A DNA stretch of 64,000 bases, taken from assembly GCF_964204645.1 (NCBI RefSeq), contig NC_134029.1:23616950-23680949 (forward strand), in the 5' to 3' direction. The DNA is from Tubulanus polymorphus. Its lineage: Eukaryota > Animalia > Nemertea. The notes beneath the pieces were generated by a model. That model was not told where the DNA came from and searched no databases. It worked only from the letters and a program-made list of their open reading frames with translations. This document shows, piece by piece, positions 12,181 through 26,600 of the stretch. Within the stretch, counting starts at the first letter, position 1, and every line of letters starts with the position of its first letter. The translations under genes were made by a program, and so were the position numbers.

Positions 12181-15100
12181 TTACACTGTCGATTCCTGGC
12201 GTTTAACTCGACCCAGCGGTTCATCATCCCTATAATCATCAACATCATCTTCCTCACGATACAACTTTCCCAGATTTCGACCGGGACAAAACTGTGGTAC
12301 GATCAGCGACCAGACGTAGATGATGATACACGCCCAGCTCGTCGCCATTTTAATCCACACCGAGGGCCAGTTGAAACCGAAATGACTCAAATTTGCTTCT
12401 TCAGGCCTGAAATATATACATTAGATTGAACTTTTAAAGAGCAAATATAGAAAATATTACGAAATGAATACTTGATATCGATATTACAAACCTAAACCAG
12501 TTTGTAAGATCCATCATTACGTATAGTGCTGCCGAACACAGTAAGAGGTGAAAGAATGAATAGCTGTAGACTACATTTTTAGCTTCATTGTAAATCACAC
12601 GTTGTCCTCCCTGAGACTGGAGTTTACTTCCTGAAACAATACCACGACTTATAGAAAATGTATGGACACATACGTAACCGGACGGTTTCATGCCGAAATA
12701 CGGCGACTTACTTTTTTCACAACATGAACCACAGCATTTCGTTTTCTCTGGCTTATCCTACAAAAGAATAGAAATTTATCCTATGTGACCCGGTCAATCT
12801 ATTACCTATTAACACTGATTGACTGAAATCAAAATCTCACCAATTCCGGATTAGAACTGGAAGGAATCACTCCCAGACGAATAGATTCATCAGACGTTCT
12901 CCAACTGTGAAAAATATTAGATTTTACACAAAAAATATAAATATTCTTTACTTCATCAGTTTTGCACAAATTATTTATGGATTTAATATTACCAATTGTA
13001 GATAACGATTACTACCATGAGCACTATTCCGCTGTAAGCGATTATTTTCTCGGTTTGACCGCCGAACATCTGCGACGCTGGACGACACAATACTTTATGA
13101 TAGTCTTTACTGACTGGATCCTGCATAACCGAGCCTAATTCAATCAGTTCTTGATCCGAACGTAATGTGGGATTGATTTCCACCCGAACTGTAATAAGAT
13201 ATCATAGAAATATCAATCCCTCAAGTGCAATATCGATGATTAATTGATTTATTATTTCATATTGGAGTATTCTCTATGAGGTAATACCTAAGACAGGAGG
13301 TTCGCTTGATAATGCTGACCAGGTTAAATATATCACATAAGATGTCATTATCGCGGCTGGTAGAATTCCTGCGTTAGCGTTTCCTGAAATTCAAATACAG
13401 CAATATGAATCTATTCTTTACCAACTGAATGCTGTATCACTAGAATATAATGAGTGATCCTACAACTGATGGTATCTTAATCACTATTTATTATCAGTAT
13501 ATTTATAATCAGTATGACTTACGTTTTAGGATGCACGGCAAAATCGAAATGAAGGAGAACATCAGACAGCAACCAGCATTCGAACCGATGAATATTTTGT
13601 TAATCAGACATTCATCTTTCGTTGTGTAATTCAGGAATAAATGGACAGTTCCAACAATAGATCCGACTAATAACACAACTGATACACTGTAAATAGCTGC
13701 AAATATCAAATAATTTACATATGAATTGACTAAATATCCAGCTATTGTTCCTGTAGGAGGGTATCTGTCTGGTGTTTAGACTTATAAGTTGGACTAATAA
13801 CATTAATATGCAAATACTCCATCGTCTAAAACTTACGGAAGTACCAACATCCACTACATCTTGAATCTTTTCTGACATTTCTGAACCTGAATAAGCAACA
13901 AAAATATTTCAATTACCGGTAGACACCAGTTACCAGTTAATAAGAAGATTATCAAAATATATACAAATTATTCAGTCACAAACTTACCATTTAGCATTTA
14001 TGACATACGCGAAGTCAACTAACAGAATTATCTGAGAGATAATGAATATGAAAGCACCTCCCATTCCGATATATCTCCAAACTGTAAAAATTGAAGAAAA
14101 GAAATATATATCATATCTGCATAGGCTTTCGAGTAGGCACTTTAGCATACAAGTAAACTACGTACCATAACTGAAGTAATCAGAGTGGGGAATATAAAAT
14201 GCTCCTCCACAAAAAACTGCAAGAATCAATAACTTAGCCACCCAATAACTGAAAGGCAATAATCAATGTTGAATAATGACGTTTTACATTTATGTATGTA
14301 TCATTGAGTCCTGGAGAAATTTAAAGTTACCCATTGTGAATCCCAGCTCTGAATCCTTCACTGTTAAATACACATAAAGTAACCAAACACAGCAACAAGT
14401 GGAATGCAACCAATGCTAAACACATTCGATAAACAGCCATATAACCGGTTAATATCTTACAACCAGGACCAGCGTTTAACATGATACACGTTTCATTGAA
14501 TCGAGGAATCTGTTAATAAAGAAATCAAACCATAAATGAATAACTGGTTTAATCATTTTTGGGAAACTGACCCAGTGTTAGTTTGGCTGTCCGAGTGACT
14601 GTTCCATTCTACACGGGCCGGACACAACAAGTCTTTGGCCCCAGTTTTTACTGAACTTTTATACAGTAGGCCTACCTAGGATACTGGACCCAGTTCCACA
14701 GTTGTGAGTTAGAGTTAACTCTGACTTAAAATTAGTTCATTTTGAATGAGTTAACTATGAGTTAAATCTTAACTCAGAACTGTGGAACTGGACCCTGGGG
14801 TCAAAAACATTTTGCGTCAGGCCCCTGTGTTCTATTCAACTGCAATCTCATCCAGGATTGGTCTTACTATGAGACCATATTGACTTGATGCAGCCACAGA
14901 ACCGATTGTCACGACCCAAACGAACACGACTAAATCACAGAATATTCTCCTTACATTTTCCGCCATCATTTCTCCAACTTCTGGTACGAGCATTAGACAA
15001 CTGATCGCTGTGATGAGGACCAGAAATAAAACGTACATCCCTCGAGTGCTTGTCGTTTCTCGTATGGAAGGTAAACAACTGCAGCATAATGAGCAGGCTC

Positions 15101-15487
15101 CCGGACCACAACAACAGTTCGCCTATAATCAATAATAACATTAATAATTCAGTTTGGACAAATTCGCTAGAATGAAATCAACTTTTCATCCAGAAGATTA
15201 CACTTCGAAGTGTAATATCTCGATAAACGTCCATAGAAAATCCAAAAATTTTAAAAGGCTATTGTACTTTGTTTGTTCCTGATTCGAATAAGTATAGGCT
15301 ATTTCATTAAGGTTGTTATATCTTAATTTATAGACATGTTAGTAGAGAGGCCTACCCTAAATTTGAAACAAATTTGTTCAGAAAAAATGCTAAATATATA
15401 TCCTTTCAATGCATTGACATACAAATTTCTGTTAGGAATTTAACAAAACATTTATTAGATTACCTGTGCTTGAAGGCAATCGCCCAT
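12181..15487 (-). CDS. SERINC: Serine incorporator (SERINC/TMS membrane protein), multi-exon
   Basis: MGDCLQAQ|ANCCCGPGACSLCCSCLPSIRETTSTRGMY start; RAGIHNG, AGILPAAIMTSYVIYLTWSALSSEPP, YSYSFFHLLLCSAALYVMMDLTNW and WPSVWIKMATSWACIIIYVWSLIVP motifs. Confidence 0.92.
14687..14794. mobile_element. Hairpin MITE family B (CTG TSD)
   Basis: gacccagttccacagttgtgagtta...taactcagaactgtggaactggacc; copies at 38973-39081 and 52427-52545. Confidence 0.8.
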
Positions 15488-15842
15488 TTTATTAGTTTTT
15501 CTGCGTTTTGTTCTGACAGTTTTATCAATTTGCAATTGATTGGAATTGAATTTGCCTTAGTCGGGAATCCCAAAATGACGTCATTGAAAATTGAAATCCA
15601 TGGTCAAGTCCACCGTCCGGAATTTAGTGTGAACTGATTTGACAGCTGATCAGTCAAAACAACTCAAAAACAACCGTTACACACGGTCTCACACGAGGCT
15701 GAGAGGTCAGGAGGTTGATAATTAGGCTAATCAATTGGTCGCATGTGACTGATGTGTGTTTGAGTGACTGACTGGCGCTGTCGCTGCATTCCGTCGATTT
15801 CAGTGTGTCGTTTGCGATCAGCTGTGTGTGGGTGGAGACGTC

Positions 15843-18702
15843 ATGATGGCGGCGGCTAATTCAAACTCGTCTATCCCGATAGATAAATCAACCAGTACCA
15901 GTAATGATATTTGTGAAGGTTTACAGCAATACAGTGATGCAGAATTAAGCGCATGTCATGTGGTAAGTTTACCAACATCAATCTTTCACAACCTGTGTCC
16001 ATTCTCAAAAAGATTTTGTCTTGGGGACAACATTTTATTCCATCATGTTGATCATTATCCTGAATGTGAAATTACTGGATTTTTGAGCTGAAGGCCCTAT
16101 GATATTTTACAGGAGAAACATGAAGTAAGAAGTTCGCATAGTGATGTTTCTAAGAAAACGAAGCTGGAATGCGTAGAAGTTGCCGATGAACAGGTGGCAG
16201 TGCAAGAGATCTGCACGAGTAACGACGCCTCAACTCAAACCGCTGAACAAGTAACAAACAACGACGCGGGTGCGATATCCAGTTCGGAGGATATCCAATT
16301 GAGAAACATCAGTCCGAAATCAATCACACCGGATAAACTAGAGAAACCATGTGACATCGAACGAAAGCAGAGGAGCTCGGAGAAATTACGTACGCGTAGT
16401 TCATCGAGTTCTGGAAGTCAAAGAAGTGAACATCATCTACATAGATTACTCAGTAATCTTAGGTATGTTTTACAATTTGAGGAGTGACTGCAGTTTATGT
16501 TGTATCCCTATATAACATTACTTGAACCCTATTAAACCTAGTAACTATAGAGCCAAATTACAGGAAGCTGGCTAAAGCTGCATTTTATGAGAAATCCTGA
16601 TAAAAGATAATATTTTAAACATGCTTTTATGTAGGCTATAGGTAAATAATATCAATATCAAATTAAAAACCTAATCCTAGTATCGCTAGCGCCAAATAGC
16701 AGGAAGGCCACATCCTTGATTGCTGTTGTACCCAATTTGAAATGTCTTTGTTCTTATTTATTCCAACAATTTATCAGCGCGTTAAGTGACGGTCCGTTCT
16801 GTCGAATTTGTCACGAAGGGAACAGTAAAGAAGATCTGTTTTCACCGTGTAAATGTAGCGGAACGATGGGTTTAATACATCGTAGCTGTATAGAGACTTG
16901 GCTCGGATCTTCAAACTCAAATAAATGTGAAATCTGTAATCATGTTTATACTACTAGAAGATATACACGACCGTTCTATGATGTAAGTACTGAAGGAAGT
17001 CCTTGTTAATTTGGAAATCTTTAATGCAACTGTGGCAATTGAGGATTCGCACATGCAAGTGTCTGCCAAGTTTGCTGGTAGTTGCCGTACTTGGTCTTCA
17101 ATTTCTTCTACATTTCAGTTAAAATCGAAAACAATTTTTCTGAAACTAATTGATAAATTATCAATGAACAATAGGCCTATACCTTAATCACTGAAAATGA
17201 GTTGAATGTATTTTTGGTGGGTCCTGTGATGGTGTATGGATTCATGCGCGCCAAAAAATTTAGTTAACAGTTGATTAGAAATGAAATATAGCTGGTGTAG
17301 CAGTTCCCTATTATTGAAATCTATTGTGAATATCGCTGGTTGTTTTATATATTTCAGTGGTTGCGATACCCAACAACTTCTCAGGATCGTAAGAATCTGA
17401 TAGCTGATACGGTGTGTTTTGTATTGCTCACTCCTCTAGCTGTTGTTAGCGCTTGGCTGTGTATAACGGGTGCCTTACATTACTCCAGCATCGAGGGTGG
17501 TAACTGGGAAGCTATTGGTTTGATCGGTCTCACTTGTTTTTTATTGCTCATCTATTTAGTTTGGTGTTCGGTAAGTGTAATAAGAGGCATTCATTAACTA
17601 CGTACACATCCATGAGGTGAGGTGGTTGAAAATTGGCCAGCTCCCCCTATGTACCTATCGGCAAACTATTCCATACATATAGACCTACATAGAACAGATT
17701 CGCTGCCGGCTATGAGCTGATTCTTCATATTCACTGAATTCTGGCACGCAGGAATAGCATAGTTCCTGACTCTGCTTCATTCTCGATGCTCTTTGGTCGG
17801 TTTTGAGCGATGGCTGACTGCAATAGCTCTATTGAGATAACTCATATTAGTGACTGGTAATACGGTGGTAGTGAATGTTTAAAGGACATTAGAAATTCTT
17901 AGTTTTCTATTTCGAATATTTTCATGCTTTTCATCGTTGTTCTATTTTCGCACAGGTTGCAATTCGGTATCACGTTCGTATCTGGGTCGATTGGAGGAAT
18001 TCGAATCAACGAGTTACGGTCGTAGATTTCAACGCGGCGCTGTCGAGCGCGACCGACGACGAAAACAACAATAACACGCAACTTCAAAACCTGTCGTCAT
18101 TATCGCCGATATCCAGTTCATCGAGCGTCAATACCGACGAGATTATAGGTGGCAGCACTAATAACTGTCGTACGTGCAGCCATCGACGTCGATTTAACGA
18201 TCGAGATTTTCGTCTGTTGCCGGTCGTGATTCTGAATCAGGAGTATTCACTGTTACATGACTCGGGTTGCCCGTTGAACGCGAGTTTCGCGATCCCGCTT
18301 CTAGCTCGCATCAACGCCGAACGAGAGGTCGTTACCGGTAAACGCAGTACTATCGCTCAGTGGAGGGACAGCGAAGCGGTCTGCACCGTACCCCGCGCAG
18401 ACGTCATGGCAAATACATCGGCTGTTGAAACCGTAATGGAATTATCTCCGACCGCGTCTGGAGAAGAAATGAATGCCGCATCGAGTACGCCGTCTAAACG
18501 CTATCATTATTATCAGTCGATCGACGCTTCACCGATTAAACCGACTCAAAGTCTCTTCGACGACACGTCTTCTTCTCCCGCGTCTTCAGATCGTAGCACG
18601 AATGAAAACTTAGCTCTAATCGCTTCTAATTCCTCGGATATAACGGCTTTATTACCGGATAATAAAGATTCTCGACGTATCGTACGAGAAACAGTTGTAT
18701 GA
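15843..18702 (+). CDS. MARCHF3: RING-CH membrane E3 ubiquitin ligase, MARCHF2/3-like
   Basis: CRICHEGNSKEDLFSPCKCSGTMGLIHRSCIETWL...CEIC RING-CH domain, two TM segments (DTVCFVLLTPLAVVSAWLC; EAIGLIGLTCFLLLIYLVW) and a C-terminal PDZ ligand ETVV. Exons ~15843-15962, 16113-16462, 16778-16983, 17359-17570, 17956-18702. Confidence 0.85.
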
Positions 18703-19489
18703 AGTGATTAATGACGAATATTGAAATATTGCTCAAACATTCTACGTTTTACGGTAAAACAGTCAAGATATGTGTTGAGTTGCAGAGTAAATCGGATAAG
18801 GGACATCTGATGAAACTTCGACTTGTTCAATTCAGATTCAACCTACTTAGTGTAAAAGATATCTAAGCTCTCTATAGAATGGAACGGAGAACCTTAACTG
18901 GTACATTCCTTCTGATATTCTGACTTGCGCAAGTTTAATTGTATCTCATTTCTGGAATATGAATGTCATCAAAGATTACAGAATTTTCAATATATCCCAT
19001 GAAGGTATCATTAATGGTAGAGGGATTTAGCCTGAATTTTCATTGTGTTTCGTATTTCATATTATAGTCATTCTATTTGTATTCAAAAACTTCAGTGCAA
19101 TCTTTAAGACTTTACTTATTTATTTATTTATTTAACGTGTGAATATTTTTTCTATGTAAAAATGTTCAATATGTGGGCCTAATTGATGTAGATATTTTTG
19201 GATTTTCATATTCGTGAGTTGAGATGCTTGTATTGAAATGCTTGTTTTTGCACTCGGTTCATATCATTAAATTTTTTTTTTTTCAAATTCGTTCGATCTG
19301 AAAATAATCTCTTTGTGATGTTACGCATGTAACTTTCAATATCTGTGATAAACGAAATGCATTTTCCTGCACAAAAAAAAAATTCATATTTAGTTTTTAT
19401 TCATCTTTCATTCAAGACTGATTCTTGTATTTGTATGTTATTTTTTATGTACCATTTTGAGCCAAAAAATCTACTCAATTTATCCTCAA

Positions 19490-19521
<32 letters not shown>

Positions 19522-20450
19522 TTCTACTGCATGTACCGTAATATTTGGTTTATCGATCTTATTTGTTCCCATTTTGTCCCCAATGTAACGTGATTGTGCT
19601 ATATTAAAATAAATTGCTATAACGATTTACAAGTATTTCAAGCAGAGCTGAGGCGAATTTGGAAGGGGCGAAATGGGAAAACAAGACTACGTTTGTACAT
19701 TGTATCATTATCATTATCAATTGATTGAGTTCGTGATTGCATTTACTATAAAATATATTTATTTGAAGCTGGTTTTCAGATCTGTGATACACATTTATAC
19801 ATGTATTCCCGGTATATATTCCATTTCGAAAAGCATTTGTGATCGATTCAATAAACGATTTCCTTTATACACGTTACCGAATAAATGTTCAATTTTTAGG
19901 CTGATATTCGTTTCTCGTATTCTCGTATTTTTTCTATAAAAAAAGGACGGAAAAAGAGGAAGGAATTCAAGAACATTTTGAATATTTCTTTGACTGAGAA
20001 TGAGTCGAGATGGAAACAGTTGAGGATTCGATATGAGCAAAAGGAGAAGTATTTTATTTTTCTGACGAAAAAAGAATATTCATATATATATTTTCAACAC
20101 ACAAATAACACTAAATCATAGACATATTATACAATAAACATAGTTGTAAGCCAATTAAACAATAAACCAATGGTCTTCTATACAAACACATGTTTTATTT
20201 TTATACCACTGGTGGTGAAAACAACCTGGTTTTTGAATACAGGTTGATTTCCTTTGCGAAATAAGAAGAATCCTTCTTAATAGAATTAGAAACGTTTAAA
20301 CAGATAGACGGGGTCCCGTCGGGTGCTAGAACCAAAAACTTTGTTTTCATGTATTCTAGTTAAAAATCTATCAAAAACCCTGTAAGTTTTGACAATGAAT
20401 GACGCTTACTCACAGTTTTATTTCTTAGAAAACAATGTTTTCTTTTGTTT

Positions 20451-21465
20451 TTAATTCCCGGTCATTTTGCTGACAATAGGATATCCGGGATATCTTCTAA
20501 TAGCTGGTAAATCTCTGTATCGGCCGCTATCGTGTAAATCTAAATTCTCGTGATAATATCCGTAATATCCCGGTCCGTCCCACTGCGGGAATCTGGCTGG
20601 TGGCTCGTATTGTGTGTGCATTGGATAAACCGATGGATTTCTCGTGTAACCGAATAATTTCAGTTCGGGAAGTCCAGAATGACCAATTCCTGCAAAACGA
20701 GACAAACTCCTGATTACACCAGAAGTTCTTAGAAAGAAGTCTGAAGGCAGTCGATTATCTTTGGTGCTGTTTAAAAACAGGCGATCGTGCCGATCTTTTT
20801 TGAGAGGCAGTTCTATTTCAAGAAAAAGTGGCACTTTTCACGGTGAAAAGGGGCAGGTCTTAAACATGTGCCCGGGTACCCGAATGAATCATTTCAAAAT
20901 GGATACTTTTCCAAAAAAATATGAAGTCTTGTTGGTACTGACCCTTTGAAGGGCACTTTGCAAATTTTAGGGGTTCGTTCGCTACCCCGAACCCCCTCGG
21001 CACGGGCGGGGCCTGCAGTCACTGAATTGTAAACTGATATATACAATTTACATATCGATAATTAAATCTCGGCCTGGTCAGAGGTCACCAGTACGAGAGG
21101 AGTTTATTCGGGCCAAATTATAGATCCTGTAATTATGAAGGGCGCATCCTCTAGGATACTGTACCTGCTGGATTTAATTGACTACCACGGGATGCATCTC
21201 TCCTTCTCTGGAAAGACACCCAATCGTCTTCTTTTTGGAAATCTATCGCATCTCGTCGAGCTTCGTTCGGTAAATGTTTGTAGTTTCTGTATTGAATCCA
21301 GCGACGTTCCGATGGCACGTAATTCGCGGCCCCCTCGTAACAAAACGATTTCCAGTCCCCGGACAGGTAGTTGTGAGTGGGCGTTATTATTTTTGGGCCA
21401 CTGAATCGTTTGTCCAAACTGTATTGACTGTAACAATATCGAGCCATCTCCTCGGCCAACCGTGC
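20451..21465 (-). CDS. Small Tyr/Pro-rich protein resembling SMRP1/SPMIP6 (C9orf24), a ciliary/sperm microtubule inner protein; two coding exons, start uncertain
   Basis: Exons ~21167-21465 and 20451-20690 splice in frame (NPA|GIGHSG). Motifs MARYCYSQY, NYLSGDW and LPNEAR resemble the SMRP1 sequence as I recall it; not verified by search. Confidence 0.6.
20776..21015. mobile_element. Degenerate TIR element in intron
   Basis: caggcgatcgtgccga ... tcggcacgggcggggcctg imperfect inverted ends; related end fragment near 22798-22844. Confidence 0.5.
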
Positions 21466-22167
21466 TGCAATAAGATCATTACAAAATCCACGATCAATAA
21501 CTTGAATAATTGATAGATTCTGCGAAAAAAAAACCTTTTTATTCTATTTCGTAATGAATTACAAATAGAAAATTGTCCTGTTTCTGCTGTTAACGGACCC
21601 TAGGCCGGTACGTGTGTTGGCCCTCGTATATTACGTGAAAACGTTGCATCAGCGAATGACTTTCAATATTTGAAAAAAGCATAGAGATAACGGTACTGTC
21701 TGATTCAGATAACTGGTATATACCGTTAAATCTAAATTTGTATAAATTTATCAATATCTTGACATTTATCACGATGACTCCATTTCAGTACTTATTTACG
21801 TCAGAACTAGATAAACTTAGGCCTATACTGGTTTTTTAATTAGCTACAAAGAGAAATATGCGGTATATTTGTGCCAAATTAGGCATCAATGCAAATAGAT
21901 TTACACGGATTTTCGCCGTTTCTTTTACACCGATTGCATACATGTGTGTATATATACATATATAGATATAAAAAATTGCCGAATTCTTCCATTGGTAAGA
22001 TACATTAATTAAACAAAATTTAGTAAACTCTGCCATGTATCAATTGTTGACAATTCATTTCACTCCATAGAGACCTACCAGCAAATATATGAAAGTAATA
22101 ATAAACCTCCAAGCGAAGGCAGAATGTAAACTGTCACTGAAAGTCTTCTGTTGACTTCCTGTCTAGT

Positions 22168-22180
22168 GTAGCATGGCAAC
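22168..22180. promoter_or_regulatory. RFX X-box-like motif between the divergent small genes
   Basis: gtagcatggcaac, with a perfect GGCAAC half-site. Confidence 0.4.
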
Positions 22181-23307
22181 CGCCATTCCAGTACTGGGTG
22201 GTGTATATTGCTGGAATAAAATCGAGCACTGGTGAAAAATGTCCCAATGTTTACATTGACAACCAACATGGCGGAACCAAGATATGTACAAGTACTGGAT
22301 GATGGATATGGTTAGTGAATTGTTATTGTTATCAATAAGGACTTTTGAGAAAATTTGTCTCATGTTAGAAAAAGTATGAATACGGAATGAATTTGAGATC
22401 TAAGTACTGAAAGAGAAACGTTTAAAGACTGCAAAAAGATATTTTTCTTTCAAAAAGCTTATTTTTATCATTTCTATTGAAGAAAAAATGATTTTTCTCC
22501 GACCCGACAATACACAGGAATTTCGATTTTCATGAAAGTCATGAAACTTTTTGTAAGGTGCCCACACTGATGTCGGGTCCTGAGAGTGCTCGCACAGAAA
22601 ACTTTTGGAAACCGAGATGCAATTTCTTCTCGCATATATATTCGAGGTGAAAATGTTGCTTCTCTTTCAACTCAATTCAAAATAAACTAACTTTGGAAGC
22701 ATTTGTATATTTTGAATGAAAAGGAATGAGAAAGTTTTACCAATGATGAAATCGATTCTCACAGATTTCCATAAGGTCGGCATATTGGTGGAACTTCGGG
22801 GTTCGTTCGAACTCCCGAACCCCCCCCCCCTAAATACGGGCCTGATATCAATCTTTTACTGGATGAATATATTGAGAGTTTGTTACAGGCGTCACGCATT
22901 TTATGGCGGGAAAACAAAATAAAGATAGTCCATCACCGTACAAGACGTCACGTGATGGTATGTCACATTTATGGCGCGGTCCAGCTTTCTATACGAGAGA
23001 ATTAAGACGCTATACAACATTGGACGAAACTCTTAATCCAGCCACATTACCACAAGGTGAATACATTATCCTAATATAAAAACCATTTCCGAAGAAGTAG
23101 ATCGGGATACAGTTGCAAATTATATCCTTCCAAGAACTCTTGAACGAAGAACGATATATGGCTGATAGAAAATTACTGGGGACATTTGGAATGTTGCATA
23201 CTGGGTTCATTCACAAAACCTCATAATCACTTGACAAAACGATTAACAAAATAACCAAACCAAAATTGTTTCAAATGGGATGATATTGTTTTGTAGACGT
23301 TTCAGCC

Positions 23308-23658
23308 ATGGCGACTCGTAACCCGTCCCGTTCTGTCACTAAGGTGCCGGGCGCGATCCAGGCCATGTCAGCTGGTGACGCGTGGAATCGTAACTGGTCT
23401 GGATCGGGATTCTATAGTCCTCAGAATCACGTATGGACACGAGAGATGGTGAATATAGGGATACCCAGTGATTCGAGATTAATGATCAACGAAGAAGACT
23501 GGTTGAAATATAAATTTATGTGCGGTCATCCGACAATGAAACCAGTTCCAACCGGGTCGAACACTAGTAGTAGAACGGCTACTCCGACATCAGCACCAGG
23601 TCGACAACTTACCAAACCGATTATATATGATGAACACTTGAAGTATTATATGAGCTAG
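23308..23658 (+). CDS. 116-aa protein, probable distant paralog of the 20451-21465 gene
   Basis: Good Kozak context gccATGG after an acceptor ttttgtag; poly(A) signal near 23933; shares a G..Y.P....W...P...R....E.DW..(F/Y) pattern with the neighbouring gene. Confidence 0.7.
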   Translation: MATRNPSRSVTKVPGAIQAMSAGDAWNRNWSGSGFYSPQNHVWTREMVNIGIPSDSRLMINEEDWLKYKFMCGHPTMKPVPTGSNTSSRTATPTSAPGRQLTKPIIYDEHLKYYMS

Positions 23659-26600
23659 AATTCTCGCGAACACGCGCCTGAATCTTTTTCCCTTTGTCAG
23701 GATACTCTGGGATAGAGCATGGATTGGGGGTGCATGGAAAAAGAGAGCATTGATTTATAGCACCCGAGTGGTTTGCTATTGTTGGAAGGGAATATATAAT
23801 CAAAGATCTTGCTAGAATCACACGCGTTAGATATATCTCCACATTGTGTATTCGAGATATGAATGTATCTTGTTTTTTTCTTTTATTTCTTATAGAAACG
23901 TTTTGTTAAGTGCATTATACGCATTTTCTAATAATAAATTCAGTAGACTAAAATCAAACGTTACTAACGCGTCGGTTATCTTAGTTCCTATGTACATTGT
24001 ATAATATGTCTGTCTTCTGCAAACGTGGTTAGTCAGTCTGAAAAGTCTAACGTTTGTAAACGTATCAAAATCAGATTAAATTTAAAGCGAAAAAGTTCTT
24101 CGGTAATTTTATGTACCAATGCGAGGATATCAGTCCCTGAATCTCAATCATTATTTAGTGTCAACCCGATCACCGTAGCATACAAAATCTTATCGTTTTA
24201 ACCAAATTCGCAAAGATCGCCTGTAACATATTGAGAATTCTCGACATTTCTGTGGATATTGAAGTCTTTATCAACTGAAAGAATGATTTATTAGATAAAG
24301 CATTAACATCGATGGAATTGGCGATCTGAAACAACGTTAGCCCGTTATGTAGTAAAAATATCAATCTCGACCGTCTAGTGCTGCCCCTATGAATAATGAT
24401 AACGGGAAAAATAAGAACTAACATAGGAAACTGATATTTTTCTAAATTATCACCGAACACTTGCATTAACATAATCAGCGCCCCCTAGACCTCAATTCCT
24501 CAGATGAAGGCAGCCCTGAAATGGACTCGTAAACCTTTTTGTTCATTTCCTGTGTTCTTCATTCAGAATAAATTAAACTGCTCATTTTCCAACCAGATGT
24601 TACCGAATATTAACAAAATCTATTAAATAGTTATTCAAATTTTTATTCTGTTATATTTAAGATTATTACAAGTCAAATTAAATACATACATGTACAAACA
24701 TTTATAATAATTTTGCATTTGAATAATTTTTCTCTCATTGGGACATGTGACAGTGAAATTACAACAAACAACACCAGCTAGCAATTTATCTACCCATTTA
24801 AATACAAAAGTGATCGTCTTGTGACAGAACATAGCAAAAATTTCTATAGTCAATATCTGGAAATAATAAAAGACTTCCGGGGCCATAAAGCAATTTTGCA
24901 TAAGCATAACCTCAACTAGCCAGTGCTGGGTGTCCCTCTTAAAAATAAACTCAAAACAATAATAGTCGAAATTCTGGTTTGTCGAAGTCCAAATATACCT
25001 AAATACAATTTGTGAGAACTATTTCAATATCATTCTAAAAACCATTTAGTGAATACAAGTGTGATACAAGCATCTAGCTGCACAATGCTATTGAGAATTT
25101 TTAAACAATCACTGACAGATAGATGTAGTTCTAGCAGGGTCCGAGGGCTTAATGCGCCCAGGGGATATTGCAAATTACCGAAAACATAAATACACAAGAT
25201 AAGACTGAATTTATTCGAAATACACTGACGAGTTTGTTTGTCGGTAGATTCAGCTCTATCGTAGTCTAAATATTTATGCAGGATTAGTTGTTTATGGCGG
25301 AAAGGAATTTGCGTATTTTTCTAATATGGTGGCTCATAACTTATTCATTCAGACAAACATTACTCAGTCTTCGGGAATTCTCTAGGTGTTAAATTTCACT
25401 TGATCACACGGACGACCGACTCCATGGTTTCAGATTGGTATAGTTTGTCTTTTGTGTCGACTTGTTAAAAAGAATCTATATATATATATATATATATATA
25501 TACAAATTACAAATTCACCAATAATCCCTTCAAAGATTAATATACATTAAATGACGCATAAAAACAGATGCCCTTTCAATGCCGTGTACGTTCCCTAGGT
25601 TCATTTCTTTATGAGTGGATGGCCAAATAAACGTTCTACCCACCAGATTTTCACGATGGATCAGATAGGCGGGATGTCTCTGACGGAACCTAGGGATTTT
25701 TCCGATGTTCGCTCGTAAAATCTAGGGCTGCTATAGGATAATCGTAGAACTCATGTGACTAGAACATTATAAATTACACAGATCTATATACATCATTTGG
25801 GACACGTTTACGTCACCAAATTTCCTCCGTCACACGCTCATGCAGCGAATCATTTTCGGTTAACATGATTTATTTCCTCATTCTGCAAAAAGCGTTAATT
25901 GTCTTTTTTTCAGTTTCATAAGTGTTTTGCTGCCTTTGTAAAAAATGTCTGTAACGACCGACCGATCGACCGGATCAACGCGTGATTATTACTCAGTCAC
26001 AGACACAGCACATACCACGCTGAAGATAGAATTACAATCATGGGAATATCGGGGAACAACAACAACCGAACAACCAGGATGTTGTGAGAAAAACTAAAGC
26101 ATTATAACGGCCAAGCCATATATAGGTTGAGCTTGTATAATATTACAAACATTCCAAATTCCTAGAATTACCGATTTGACTTGTTACACAAGGTTTAACT
26201 CAGTATACACTATCCACAATGAAACAATCCCTGGCAACTGACCAAGTTGAAAACCTTCAGCTAAGTGTAGACAAGCTACAATTGACCTTAACTTATTACA
26301 GCGCGGACTCAAGTTATAATATAACTGCCAATAATGCTTTTAATGATGCATTCCACGATGTCGTTATCATTATATCAATATGAATGCGATAGTTTGATGT
26401 CTGGGGAATCAAACCCGGGGAAATCCCGAACCAGATAAAATTCTACGTTATAACAATATTGATATTTGAACACTGTGAATATTGCGGTATCAGTATCAAT
26501 AAAGGACTCGAATAAAATAAAAGGCCATACATGTATTACGAGTGATTCGTCAATAAATCCGTGAATTACGCTCCGAGTTTGAACTAGATGTGAAATACGT

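Noticed and set aside
19345-20040. Several 60-90 aa hydrophobic ORFs
   Set aside because: AT-rich 3' UTR sequence with composition-driven ORFs
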